Program-made: the position numbers and the translations under genes
Notes under the pieces: generated by a model
What the model saw: the letters and a program-made list of their open reading frames with translations, nothing else
Told to the model about the DNA's origin: nothing
The model's database searches: none
Source of the DNA: a virus
Lineage: Duplodnaviria; Caudoviricetes
IMG/VR virus record: IMGVR_UViG_3300032285_003957
Coordinates: 160,001 to 224,000 of that record
Strand: one strand, 5' to 3'
DNA: 64,000 bases
Shown: one piece after another, positions 39,687 through 48,450 of the stretch
Layout: every line of letters begins with the position of its first letter
How positions within the stretch are numbered: the stretch's first letter is position 1

Positions 39687-39926
39687 ATGGCGTTAAGCAC
39701 ACAAGATAAAAAAGAAATAGAGAAAATAGCCCAAAAAGAAATTAAAGATTTCTTAAGTTCGACTAATGCTCATGAGCAAGTTATTAAGATAATTCAAAAA
39801 GAAATGGGAACAAGGGACATCAATGAAAAAATCGTTGATTTAGCCACTAAGGTGGTTGTTGAGCTATTTAAAAACCTTTGGCAAAGAAAGTCTTTTTGGG
39901 AGAGTGGCCTTAAAAATGTAAGATAA
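39687..39926 (+). CDS. Small helical hypothetical protein
   Basis: 79-aa ORF coupled to its neighbours. Confidence 0.55.
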   Translation: MALSTQDKKEIEKIAQKEIKDFLSSTNAHEQVIKIIQKEMGTRDINEKIVDLATKVVVELFKNLWQRKSFWESGLKNVR

Positions 39927-41011
39927 TGGAGAAAAAGGTTAGACCCAACATTCAAGATGAAATGGATGAGTTCGAAAGAATGTCACAGGATTTGATGCGA
40001 GACGAAGATGTTGATGTTTCGGTCCAAACCCTTGTTGATGCGTTTAAAAACGCAAAAGAACATACGCTTTCACAAGATATTTGGTCTAAATTAGAAAATA
40101 CAGAATCAAACGAAATTGTTAAAGATGATTGGAAAGCGGTATTTGGTATAGCAAGAAGATATGGTAAAACAGATCCATTAATTCTAAAAAAAGCAATTCG
40201 AACTGGTGAATATAAAAGACCATTAATTGTTAAAATGGGTGATAGATACATTTTAATGGCAGGTAACACCAGACTTTGCACCGCAGCGGCTATGGGCGTT
40301 GCTCCTAAAGTTTTTATTGGTGATATCACAAATAATATAAATGAGACGGCTGAACAATTTAGTCCACCACCTCATGAAAGCGAAACATATGACAAAATTA
40401 TGGGGACAAAACACAAAAAACACAATCCTTATGATGATGAGGACGATAAAGACGATGTTTTCCCAACAGGTTCAGGTGATTGGAGAAAAAAGAAAGATGT
40501 AAAAGAACAAGGTGCAGATGCTGCAGGTGCTTTCGAAGCTCCTCTTGGTGCTTCTGGTGGCGATTTCACTGTTCTTAAAAGAGATTTACATAAATTTAAA
40601 GGATTACCAAATGTTAAAGGTTACGAGGTTACTGAGAAAGAAAAATTAGAAGAACAAATGACAGCAGATGTATCTGCAGGTGCATCATATGATGTCCCTC
40701 TTTTTGGTAAAACACCGAGAGGCGGACGTAAAGACCCTTTAGCTATTGAAGGACCTAAAAGCATCGCTAAAAGTAGAGCAGTAACAGATCCTAAATTTCC
40801 TAAATGGGGAGGACCTGGTGGTGTGTTCATTAAGATAAAGGAAAAATGTAAAAAATTCCCTTATTGTAATCAAGGAGACATCAACGCAATTGAACCATTA
40901 AGAGAAGCAATTACAAAAGCGGCAGAAAAATACGGAATTCCACGTCACGATGTGGAAAAAATTGTTATAAATGAGATAAACAAGATATTTATAAACTATG
41001 AAGGTGAGTGA
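39926..41011 (+). CDS. Probable internal head protein with an N-terminal ParB/Srx-like domain
   Basis: RPLIVKMGDRYILMAGNTRLCTAAAMG (GxxR); INET, VKEQ and LEEQ motifs; C-terminal KCKKFPYCNQGD. Confidence 0.5.
   Translation: MEKKVRPNIQDEMDEFERMSQDLMRDEDVDVSVQTLVDAFKNAKEHTLSQDIWSKLENTESNEIVKDDWKAVFGIARRYGKTDPLILKKAIRTGEYKRPLIVKMGDRYILMAGNTRLCTAAAMGVAPKVFIGDITNNINETAEQFSPPPHESETYDKIMGTKHKKHNPYDDEDDKDDVFPTGSGDWRKKKDVKEQGADAAGAFEAPLGASGGDFTVLKRDLHKFKGLPNVKGYEVTEKEKLEEQMTADVSAGASYDVPLFGKTPRGGRKDPLAIEGPKSIAKSRAVTDPKFPKWGGPGGVFIKIKEKCKKFPYCNQGDINAIEPLREAITKAAEKYGIPRHDVEKIVINEINKIFINYEGE
40986..40993 (+). promoter_or_regulatory. Putative late promoter TATTTATA
   Basis: Ends 4 nt before ATG 40998. Confidence 0.55.
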
Positions 41012-42473
41012 ACTCGATAATTTATTCGAAAGTGTGATTTCTAAAGAAATCAAAACTGCTATAATGGAACATTTAGATGGTTCAAAGCATGAGGTTTACC
41101 ACGTTAAATGTGAAGGTGAGCCTGTTGAAACATGTCATACTGAAGAGGAAGCTCAAGAAATAGTAAATAAATTAGAAAAAGAACATCCGGGTAAACAATT
41201 TATCATTGAAAAGGGCTCATATGAATCATATGGTCATATGATTGATAAATTGGATGAAATGGGTGAACAATTAGAAGAAAAAGAAAATCAAAATATGGAA
41301 ACATCTGCTCCAAAAATTAAAACATTTGCACATGCTATTATGCACGCTAAAGATAAAGGTTTGAAAAAAGTTAAAATAAACGGCGAAGTTCATGACGTTG
41401 ATGAATGTTGGAAACGTTTAGAAGAAGAGGAAGGTAGTGGTGATTGCACTGAGTGTAACGGACCAATGAATGAACAACAATATAACGAAGATGGTTATGA
41501 AGTAAAAAATGACCAAGACGAAAGTGTTGACTTTGAAAAATTATTGAGAGGTTCTAAACATGGTGACGAATCACAAATGGATGAAATCATTGATTTAAAC
41601 AAATTAGGTGATCAAGACATGGAAGAAGGTGATGGTTATCATTTAACTTCTGAAGGTATGAGAACTTGTAACGAATGTGGAACTGGTTATGTTATGGAAG
41701 ATAATATATGTAACGAGTGTGGTGCATATCATCAACCATTAGAAGAAAACGTTTGTCCAAAATGTGGTAAAGAAGTTTGTGAGTGTGGTAATGGCGGTAT
41801 GTATGAATCAAAGAAAAAAGTTTTACGTTTAAAAGAAGATGAGTTAATTGATTTAATCAAAAGTATGGTTAGCGAATCTATTCCTGGTTTAGACGCATAC
41901 AACAAAGCACATAAAGAAAGCGGTAAGCAAAATAACAAAGAAGTGGCTGATATGATGGCTGATATAACTAAAAATCATATTAACATCCCTGGTTTAGAAA
42001 AAGCCGATTTCCCTAATGCAAACACTAAAGGTGATAAAGTTGCAAGAGAAAATACTAAAGACGATGAGGAAACAATCGATGACAACAGAGGTCGTAACCC
42101 ATTTGATTTAACTTATGATATCGAGCCATCACAACAATTTAAAGATAGATTAAAGAAAGCTATTGAAGGTCATGCCACTATGGGTAATGCACCAACAACT
42201 GAACCTGCGAAAATTAAACCATCTAATGGTGCAGACAAAGGCGAAGAAGCGGAAACTAAAGAAGGTAATCAAATGAAAACTGATACCGGTAAAAAAATTG
42301 AGAAGGAAGCTAAGAGAAGAATAGAAATTAAAAAGAAAGCACCATTATACGCAAAAGAACCAACACCTGTTAAACATGTGAATGAGTCTAAAACATTTGC
42401 GATGGCTGATATCTTGAATGAAGAGATTAAAAAAATGAAGACTTTAACTTCATACAACAAAAAAACTCAGTAA
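40998..42473 (+). CDS. Acidic probable internal head protein with CxxC repeats
   Basis: Glu-rich; CTECNG, CNECGT, CNECGA and CPKCGKEVCECG; many hydrophobic-x-E motifs; upstream TATTTATA. Confidence 0.5.
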   Translation: MKVSELDNLFESVISKEIKTAIMEHLDGSKHEVYHVKCEGEPVETCHTEEEAQEIVNKLEKEHPGKQFIIEKGSYESYGHMIDKLDEMGEQLEEKENQNMETSAPKIKTFAHAIMHAKDKGLKKVKINGEVHDVDECWKRLEEEEGSGDCTECNGPMNEQQYNEDGYEVKNDQDESVDFEKLLRGSKHGDESQMDEIIDLNKLGDQDMEEGDGYHLTSEGMRTCNECGTGYVMEDNICNECGAYHQPLEENVCPKCGKEVCECGNGGMYESKKKVLRLKEDELIDLIKSMVSESIPGLDAYNKAHKESGKQNNKEVADMMADITKNHINIPGLEKADFPNANTKGDKVARENTKDDEETIDDNRGRNPFDLTYDIEPSQQFKDRLKKAIEGHATMGNAPTTEPAKIKPSNGADKGEEAETKEGNQMKTDTGKKIEKEAKRRIEIKKKAPLYAKEPTPVKHVNESKTFAMADILNEEIKKMKTLTSYNKKTQ

Positions 42474-42518
42474 TTCTTTTTTTTATTTTCTTTTATCCTT
42501 ATATTGTATTATAAGATT

Positions 42519-42974
42519 ATGGAAAATAAAGAGACATATTTGGAGTTCTTACATTCGGATAGTTACAAATTTCAATTAGACATTTGGTATAAAGCATACA
42601 ATATAAGTCGTCAGAAAACCGAGCTTTTCTACGACTTTCTTGTTTCATTATATAACCTCATTGAAGATACCTATTTAGGTGAAGACCTTTTAGAAACTGA
42701 AGATATTCAAAAAAACCACTTCAACTGGTGTTGGAAAAAAATATTAGAAAATTTTGGTAAAGAAAAAATATTCTTTAAAGAAAGTGGTAGTCATTATGAA
42801 TATCTTTGGAATTTCTTTCTTGAAGCCTATTACTACGCTAAATTAGAAGAGAAGCCTATCAGAATATCTGAATATCTATACAAATTGTTCGATTTCAAAC
42901 ACAGAAAGTCAAGGTCAGAATTGGACATGTTGACGGAAATATATAAAATGTTTGAACAAAACTTTAAAATGTAG
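42519..42974 (+). CDS. Hypothetical protein
   Basis: ATG 42519 is preferred, following a TATATT element at 42500. Confidence 0.55.
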   Translation: MENKETYLEFLHSDSYKFQLDIWYKAYNISRQKTELFYDFLVSLYNLIEDTYLGEDLLETEDIQKNHFNWCWKKILENFGKEKIFFKESGSHYEYLWNFFLEAYYYAKLEEKPIRISEYLYKLFDFKHRKSRSELDMLTEIYKMFEQNFKM

Positions 42975-43012
42975 AGTTTTTTCCGTATATTAGTATCAAA
43001 AACCAAATAATT

Positions 43013-43207
43013 ATGGAAACCTTAAACATGATAAAGGTTCTTGTAGAAAAGATGTCTGTCGATACTCAGAAAGTTTTTGAGAAAGGAAATCGAAGCGCAT
43101 CTATCCGCGCGAGAAAATATGCACAAGAAGTTAAACAACTTATTGCTGTATATCGTAAGGAAATTTTAGAAGAAATTAAAAAGCACGACGATGAATCATC
43201 AGATTAG
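43013..43207 (+). CDS. Small basic helical protein, histone H1-like (Hc1 family)
   Basis: EKGNRSASIRARKYAQEVK resembles the GNKAAG.RARK motif of Bacteroidota/Chlamydia Hc1-like proteins. Confidence 0.6.
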   Translation: METLNMIKVLVEKMSVDTQKVFEKGNRSASIRARKYAQEVKQLIAVYRKEILEEIKKHDDESSD

Positions 43208-43370
43208 TTTATTCTTGTTGGTAACAAGTATAATTTACCTTTTAAAATTTATAATTGAATTTATCATTCGATTATTTCAAGAGAATCCGGAACCCATGAC
43301 GTCGTCAAAAATTGAACAAATAGCTCAACTATTAGCTACGTCATACATAATAACATATTTTTTAAATTAA
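43191..43370 (+). CDS. 59-aa membrane protein absent from the ORF track
   Basis: MNHQISLFLLVTSIIYLLKFIIEFIIRLFQENPEPMTSSKIEQIAQLLATSYIITYFLN; it fills the gap between two genes. Confidence 0.55.
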   Translation: MNHQISLFLLVTSIIYLLKFIIEFIIRLFQENPEPMTSSKIEQIAQLLATSYIITYFLN

Positions 43371-43374
43371 CAAC

Positions 43375-43830
43375 GTGTTTGAAAGTATAAAATCATTAAG
43401 ACCTTATTTCCATTCTTTAAGAGAGGTTAATAATAATGTCAGCTTAGATATTAAGTTACCTTTAACTTGGAGATATGAAGATGTGGCTAAACCATATCGT
43501 TCAGTGCAACTTAAAACACAAGATAAAAACGATAAGTTTAATTTAATTTCATTGGTGTCACAGGCAACAAAGGAAGGTTATGATGTTGTCTTAGCATGTG
43601 CAATCGAAATTATCGGTATTAACAAAGAGGAGGAAGAAAAAAATAGATTATTCCAAGAAAAGGTTAAGGAATTACAAGAACTCTTTAAGAAGGAATCTTT
43701 AGATAAATTGAAAGACATTAATTTATTAAATAGCTATGGACAAGAGACTACAACAGGGGATGGAGTGGCTGAACAAGGAGATGGAGAAGGACAAGAAGGA
43801 ATTGGAGATTCAGAAGAAAGTGATGATTAA
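43375..43830 (+). CDS. Hypothetical protein with a coiled coil
   Basis: GTG start 4 nt after the previous stop. Confidence 0.55.
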   Translation: MFESIKSLRPYFHSLREVNNNVSLDIKLPLTWRYEDVAKPYRSVQLKTQDKNDKFNLISLVSQATKEGYDVVLACAIEIIGINKEEEEKNRLFQEKVKELQELFKKESLDKLKDINLLNSYGQETTTGDGVAEQGDGEGQEGIGDSEESDD

Positions 43831-43939
43831 GGAAATGCAAAATTGGGATAAATCCGAAATGTTTAAACCAAAAACAAAAAATAAAGTATCTATAAAAGAT
43901 AAGATATTAAAGATTTTAGGTTATGGAAAAAAAGGGTGA
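43736..43939 (+). CDS. Small basic hypothetical protein overlapping the previous gene by 95 nt
   Basis: Helical K/E-rich ORF coupled to the next gene. Confidence 0.5.
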   Translation: MDKRLQQGMEWLNKEMEKDKKELEIQKKVMIKEMQNWDKSEMFKPKTKNKVSIKDKILKILGYGKKG

Positions 43940-44156
43940 TTTATTAAATCAATTAGCAATCATATCTGATTTGCTTGATAACATGGTGTTATCCACCGAA
44001 TCAAAAACAATTGTGCTTGAATTAAAAGACGAACAATTTAATGCGGCTTTCGAAATTATAAAAAAGAAATATAATAAAAAGGCTGACAAACCTAAAGATA
44101 CATTTTCAATATCAATTGGTGATTTAGATATTATTTTTAATAAGAGTAATGCCTAA
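43923..44156 (+). CDS. Small hypothetical protein
   Basis: 77-aa ORF converging on the minus-strand gene. Confidence 0.55.
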   Translation: MEKKGDLLNQLAIISDLLDNMVLSTESKTIVLELKDEQFNAAFEIIKKKYNKKADKPKDTFSISIGDLDIIFNKSNA

Positions 44157-44775
44157 TCAATTCGTTTCTACTAAAGCCTTTCGCTTCTAACAAATCATAT
44201 AGTAATTTTCTTTGGTGAGTTGTGATATCTTTCACAAACATAAAATTACCTCTCTTTTTGAATATCAATTCTTCCTTCACAATTTCAAATAATCGTTGAG
44301 CATCAGCAATGTTTTTATTACCAAACATCTTAACGTCATTATCGATTTGAACAAATAACTTATTGTTTAATGTGAAGACTTGGGTTATTTCTTTAATGAA
44401 TAGAATTTGGTCCATCATTTCGTGATACCTAATTCGTTTTTTTCTTTGGAAGTCATAAATAAGCTCCTCCTTCCAATACGGGATAATTTCTTTGATTCTA
44501 AACTTATCACCTTCGATAAGAGCCTCCTGATTGCGACCTAAACTATCTTTAACATAAGTTTTAGTGGCCCACCTATTATTTGGGAAAATTAGTGCTAATT
44601 CGTAGTGAAGTTCGTTTTTTCTTTTACCGCCTTGCTGCTTAACAAACGTAGGTTTCTTTTGGGTCCTAAACTCCCTCCAATATTCATATACGGTAGTTCT
44701 TTGCATACAACGATACAATACCCTAACCCTTTTCTTGTTACAGAAAAGAACTATGAAATATTTCCCATTTTTCAT
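44137..44775 (-). CDS. Basic hypothetical protein (minus strand)
   Basis: 212-aa ORF with no competing long + strand ORF. Confidence 0.7.
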   Translation of the reverse strand: MKNGKYFIVLFCNKKRVRVLYRCMQRTTVYEYWREFRTQKKPTFVKQQGGKRKNELHYELALIFPNNRWATKTYVKDSLGRNQEALIEGDKFRIKEIIPYWKEELIYDFQRKKRIRYHEMMDQILFIKEITQVFTLNNKLFVQIDNDVKMFGNKNIADAQRLFEIVKEELIFKKRGNFMFVKDITTHQRKLLYDLLEAKGFSRNELIRHYSY

Positions 44776-44921
44776 AAAAATTTAGATACCAAAGAAACAA
44801 CACCGTAAATGGCTAAAGCTACGATGGCTAATAGGAAAACTAATGAGTATTTTTCCATGCGACCAACTTCTTCCATTATCCTTTGTTTGTCTTCTTTGCT
44901 TTTACATTTTGAACATGCCAT
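44772..44921 (-). CDS. 49-aa protein with an N-terminal CxxC and a C-terminal TM helix, absent from the ORF track
   Basis: MACSKCKSKEDKQRIMEEVGRMEKYSLVFLLAIVALAIYGVVSLVSKFL; ATGA overlap with the 212-aa gene. Confidence 0.6.
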   Translation of the reverse strand: MACSKCKSKEDKQRIMEEVGRMEKYSLVFLLAIVALAIYGVVSLVSKFL

Positions 44922-44993
44922 ATTAAAATATATACTTTTAATTTCTCTTTTTCAAATTTTTTGCTTATCTTTTTTATATATTTATCAAATTAT

Positions 44994-45518
44994 ATGGAAA
45001 CAAACTGGTATGTAGTTAAGGTGATGCCTGGTAAAGAAAGGACTCTTAACGAAGAATTTAATAAGAAAATCTCAATGGGTAAGTTGGATAACATAACAAG
45101 ATTTGTTTGTCCAACCGAAAAGGAGTTTGTGGTTGTAAAAAAGAAAAAGGTATTAAGAGAAAAGGTTCTATATGGTGGATACCTTTATTTTGAAGCACCA
45201 AAATTACTAAGTGATAGCGAATTAAAGGTGATTGCAGCAACCCAAAACATTATGGGTATTATGGGTAATAAAACACCAATGTTATTGAGCAAATCCGACG
45301 TTAGAAAGATTATGGTTGATGATAGATTGGATGAACATATCGAATCTAAAAAACTTTATATGTCTATTGGTGAAAGAGTTACTATTAACGAAGGTGCTTT
45401 TAATTCTTTTGAAGGTATTATTTCTGATATCAAAGGAGAAAAAGTTGATGTGGAAGTTAAGATATTTGGTAGAAATACCGTAGTTTCGTTGACCATGAAC
45501 CAAATCGAAAAATTGTGA
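44994..45518 (+). CDS. nusG: Transcription termination/antitermination factor NusG
   Basis: NWYVVKVMPGKE, LYGGYLY (NGN domain), GERVTINEGAFNSFEGII...VEVKIFGR (KOW domain). ATG 44994 is preferred. Confidence 0.9.
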   Translation: METNWYVVKVMPGKERTLNEEFNKKISMGKLDNITRFVCPTEKEFVVVKKKKVLREKVLYGGYLYFEAPKLLSDSELKVIAATQNIMGIMGNKTPMLLSKSDVRKIMVDDRLDEHIESKKLYMSIGERVTINEGAFNSFEGIISDIKGEKVDVEVKIFGRNTVVSLTMNQIEKL

Positions 45519-45829
45519 TAAACCATACAATGTCCCCTGAAGTTCTAATTTATTTACAGCAAGTAAAAAACTATCTTAATAATAGTAGTGATGCAAAAGA
45601 ATATTTCATTGGTGATGCCGATGAAGAATTATTCTTCAAACATCTTTGTGACATTGCTGAAGGTAATTTAAAAGATAACGGAGAACCTTTATTGAATAAA
45701 GAACAATTTGAATTACTAAGGACAACCATCAAAGCAATACACATCTCAACCAAAACATATACAAAAGAAGAGATATTACATGACAAGATTTTTTTAGACA
45801 CCAGTTTTGGTAAAATTTGTCTAAACTAA
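45515..45829 (+). CDS. Hypothetical protein
   Basis: 104-aa ORF overlapping the nusG stop. Confidence 0.5.
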   Translation: MINHTMSPEVLIYLQQVKNYLNNSSDAKEYFIGDADEELFFKHLCDIAEGNLKDNGEPLLNKEQFELLRTTIKAIHISTKTYTKEEILHDKIFLDTSFGKICLN

Positions 45830-45864
45830 CTTTATTATTAAAAAATTATATTTTACATTTATTT

Positions 45865-46938
45865 ATGAATAATATTTCAGAAATATCATTCCCGCTATAC
45901 GATACGGGATATAATGGTGAGGTTGCAGTCGAACAATTTTATATTTTAAGATTTAACGCCTTACCATCAAAATTTTCAAACAACCTATTTTATGACGCTA
46001 AGATTATTGACTATCTAACATCTAATGGTTATGTAGAGCAAAATAGAATTAATCAAATCAATAGAAGATATGATTATATGTATTCATCTATTTTTGTTAA
46101 TGAAACTAACAACACCATTGTTAAAGTAACTAAAAACGAAGCTGAAAAGAAAAAATTAAATCTACACCAAATCGATTTATATTATGACATCACCAAAGGT
46201 TCTATGGAAGAGCTTTTTGATGTTGATACAATTAAAACTTTTGAAAAGAAGAAAAAGAAAGCAAATATTAATTTGGTGAAAAGTGACATGGGTCATTTAG
46301 ATATTGAGGATTATGATTTGTATGTTCCACCCATGAATTTGGAATTAAATTACGGAGAAGGATTTAAGAAAATTCATGATGTTATAATTAAAAAATTAAA
46401 TGAAAATAATGGTAAGGGTATAATTCTATTGCATGGCGACCCTGGTACTGGTAAAACATCTTACATAAAGTATTTGACATCTTTAGTTAAAGAAAAGGAA
46501 ATACTATTCATTCCACCATCCATGGCTGAAATGTTATCTGAACCATCTATCATTCCATTTTTAATGGAACATAAAAATAGTATCTTAATTATTGAAGACG
46601 CTGAACGTGTAATTTCTGACAGAGAAGGAAACGGTTCACCTGCGGGAGTATCAAATATTCTTAACTTAACAGATGGTATTTTGGGAGATTGTTTATCAAT
46701 ACAAATCGTGGCAACCTTCAACATGAAACGCGAAAGAATTGACCAAGCTCTTTTAAGAAAAGGTAGATTAATCGCTGAACACAAATTTGAAAAATTACCG
46801 GTTGACGAAACCAATAAATTATTAAAATATTTAAAGAAAGACCACATATCCGATGATAGTATGGCGTTAGCCGATATCTACAATATCGATGTCGAAGTCT
46901 TCAAATCAACTAATAAAGAAAAGAAAATATCATTTTAA
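45865..46938 (+). CDS. AAA+ ATPase (BCS1-like)
   Basis: ILLHGDPGTGKT (Walker A), LIIEDAE (Walker B), ATFN (sensor 1), ALLRKGR (Arg finger). Confidence 0.85.
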   Translation: MNNISEISFPLYDTGYNGEVAVEQFYILRFNALPSKFSNNLFYDAKIIDYLTSNGYVEQNRINQINRRYDYMYSSIFVNETNNTIVKVTKNEAEKKKLNLHQIDLYYDITKGSMEELFDVDTIKTFEKKKKKANINLVKSDMGHLDIEDYDLYVPPMNLELNYGEGFKKIHDVIIKKLNENNGKGIILLHGDPGTGKTSYIKYLTSLVKEKEILFIPPSMAEMLSEPSIIPFLMEHKNSILIIEDAERVISDREGNGSPAGVSNILNLTDGILGDCLSIQIVATFNMKRERIDQALLRKGRLIAEHKFEKLPVDETNKLLKYLKKDHISDDSMALADIYNIDVEVFKSTNKEKKISF

Positions 46939-47243
46939 TGGAAATAGTATCAGCAAGTAAAGTAAAGGAATTACAATCAGAAGGTAAAAAATTATTGGTT
47001 CAATATACAGCATCATGGTGTGGACCATGTAGAGCATTATCACCAAGGTTAGAAATTTTATCAAAAAATTATCCTGACGTAACCTTTGTTAAGGTTGACG
47101 TAGACCAAGACAGTGAGTCGGCAATGGAATTAAGTGTTCGCTCAGTTCCAACAATCTTTATCTACAAAGGTGATGAATTAATAAACCGTTCCACTGGAGC
47201 TAATATAGACAGTGTCTATACTAAAATTTTAGATACATTATAA
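46938..47243 (+). CDS. trxA: Thioredoxin
   Basis: ASWCGPC active site, VDVD and cis-Pro VRSVPT. Confidence 0.92.
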   Translation: MEIVSASKVKELQSEGKKLLVQYTASWCGPCRALSPRLEILSKNYPDVTFVKVDVDQDSESAMELSVRSVPTIFIYKGDELINRSTGANIDSVYTKILDTL

Positions 47244-47246
47244 CCT

Positions 47247-47519
47247 ATGGCTAATAAGATAATTATATTTACACTAAGCGGATGTGGTCATTGTAAGCAA
47301 CTAAAAGAAAAAATGATTAGCAACTCAATCCCATTCACAGAAATACCGATTGAGGAAAATAAAAAAATTTGGGACCAAGTTGTCAATCAAACAGGTGACA
47401 ATTCCTTACCAACAGTGTTCGTCTCGATGGATGATACAGAAGAAGGACCCGTTTTTGTTGCAGGTCGAGATTTTACAGACAAAGACATTTTCATAGAAAC
47501 GCTAAAAACTTACGTTTAA
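47247..47519 (+). CDS. Glutaredoxin (NrdH-like)
   Basis: IFTLSGCGHC and SLPTVFV motifs. Confidence 0.8.
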   Translation: MANKIIIFTLSGCGHCKQLKEKMISNSIPFTEIPIEENKKIWDQVVNQTGDNSLPTVFVSMDDTEEGPVFVAGRDFTDKDIFIETLKTYV

Positions 47520-47523
47520 ACAT

Positions 47524-47553
47524 AAAAGAGAGAAAAAAATTCTCTCTTTTTTT
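47524..47553 (+). terminator. Intrinsic terminator
   Basis: AAAAGAGAGA/TCTCTCTTTT hairpin with a T run. Confidence 0.75.
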
Positions 47554-47602
47554 ATGCGGACAATGGAAATAAAAGTATTTATGTAAAAGACTTTACTTTT
47601 AC

Positions 47603-48406
47603 ATGGCATTACAGAAAATTAACTGGCTCCAAATTGACAGTCCCACAGTCCCTTCAGGTTCTATTATTGACATTGGAAAGATTGATGGACCTTTACATGC
47701 CGGTTATTTTGAAAATTTATATATCTCAGGTGTTACTATTGGGGATATTATCGCAACTTCAGGAACAGACGCTTTAAATCATTTCACAGCATCGGTCTTA
47801 AATGCTATTGAACTTACTGGTAGTAATTTAACAGTAAAAGGTAATTTCACGGTTTTAGGTCAAACAACAATAGTTGATTCCACACATATTTCTTTAGGTG
47901 ATAATGTAATTGAACTTAACGGAACACAAGATTCTTTTGGTGGTTTATTAGTTAGAGATAGCGTTTTACCAAATCTTATTTCAGGTTCGTTACTTTGGGA
48001 TAGCACAAACGATACATGGATTGCGGGGCCCTTAGGTTCTGAATTACCAATGGTATTACAATCCGGTTCAGGGACAATAAACTATCTACAAAAATCAAAC
48101 GGTCAAAATGGGATATTGGATTCAAGAATCTCAGATAACGGACAAATAGTTTTAATAGATGTTACCGATGTAAATGACGGAGCACTTAATGTGAGCGGTT
48201 CTGTGGTAATTAAGGGTGATTTAAGAGTAGAAGGAACAACAACACTTATAAAAGATGACCCAACATTGAACTCGTTAATTGTATCGGGAGCAATGTCGGT
48301 GGTTAAAAATCAATTTAGATCAGCTTCGCTATCAATTCAAAATTTAGGAACATGGGGAGATAGGTCAAAAAACTATGTAATTGACTGTGGTGATAGCTTT
48401 TTCTAA
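47603..48406 (+). CDS. Fibre-related structural protein
   Basis: GNFTVLG...DNVIELN...GGL...SGSLLWDS module shared with two other fibre genes in the window. Confidence 0.6.
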   Translation: MALQKINWLQIDSPTVPSGSIIDIGKIDGPLHAGYFENLYISGVTIGDIIATSGTDALNHFTASVLNAIELTGSNLTVKGNFTVLGQTTIVDSTHISLGDNVIELNGTQDSFGGLLVRDSVLPNLISGSLLWDSTNDTWIAGPLGSELPMVLQSGSGTINYLQKSNGQNGILDSRISDNGQIVLIDVTDVNDGALNVSGSVVIKGDLRVEGTTTLIKDDPTLNSLIVSGAMSVVKNQFRSASLSIQNLGTWGDRSKNYVIDCGDSFF

Positions 48407-48418
48407 TTAAAATTAAAG

Positions 48419-48426
48419 TATTTATA
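48419..48426 (+). promoter_or_regulatory. Putative late promoter TATTTATA
   Basis: Intergenic, before the 48451 fibre gene. Confidence 0.65.
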
Positions 48427-48450
48427 TAAAACAAACACAAAAGACAAGAT

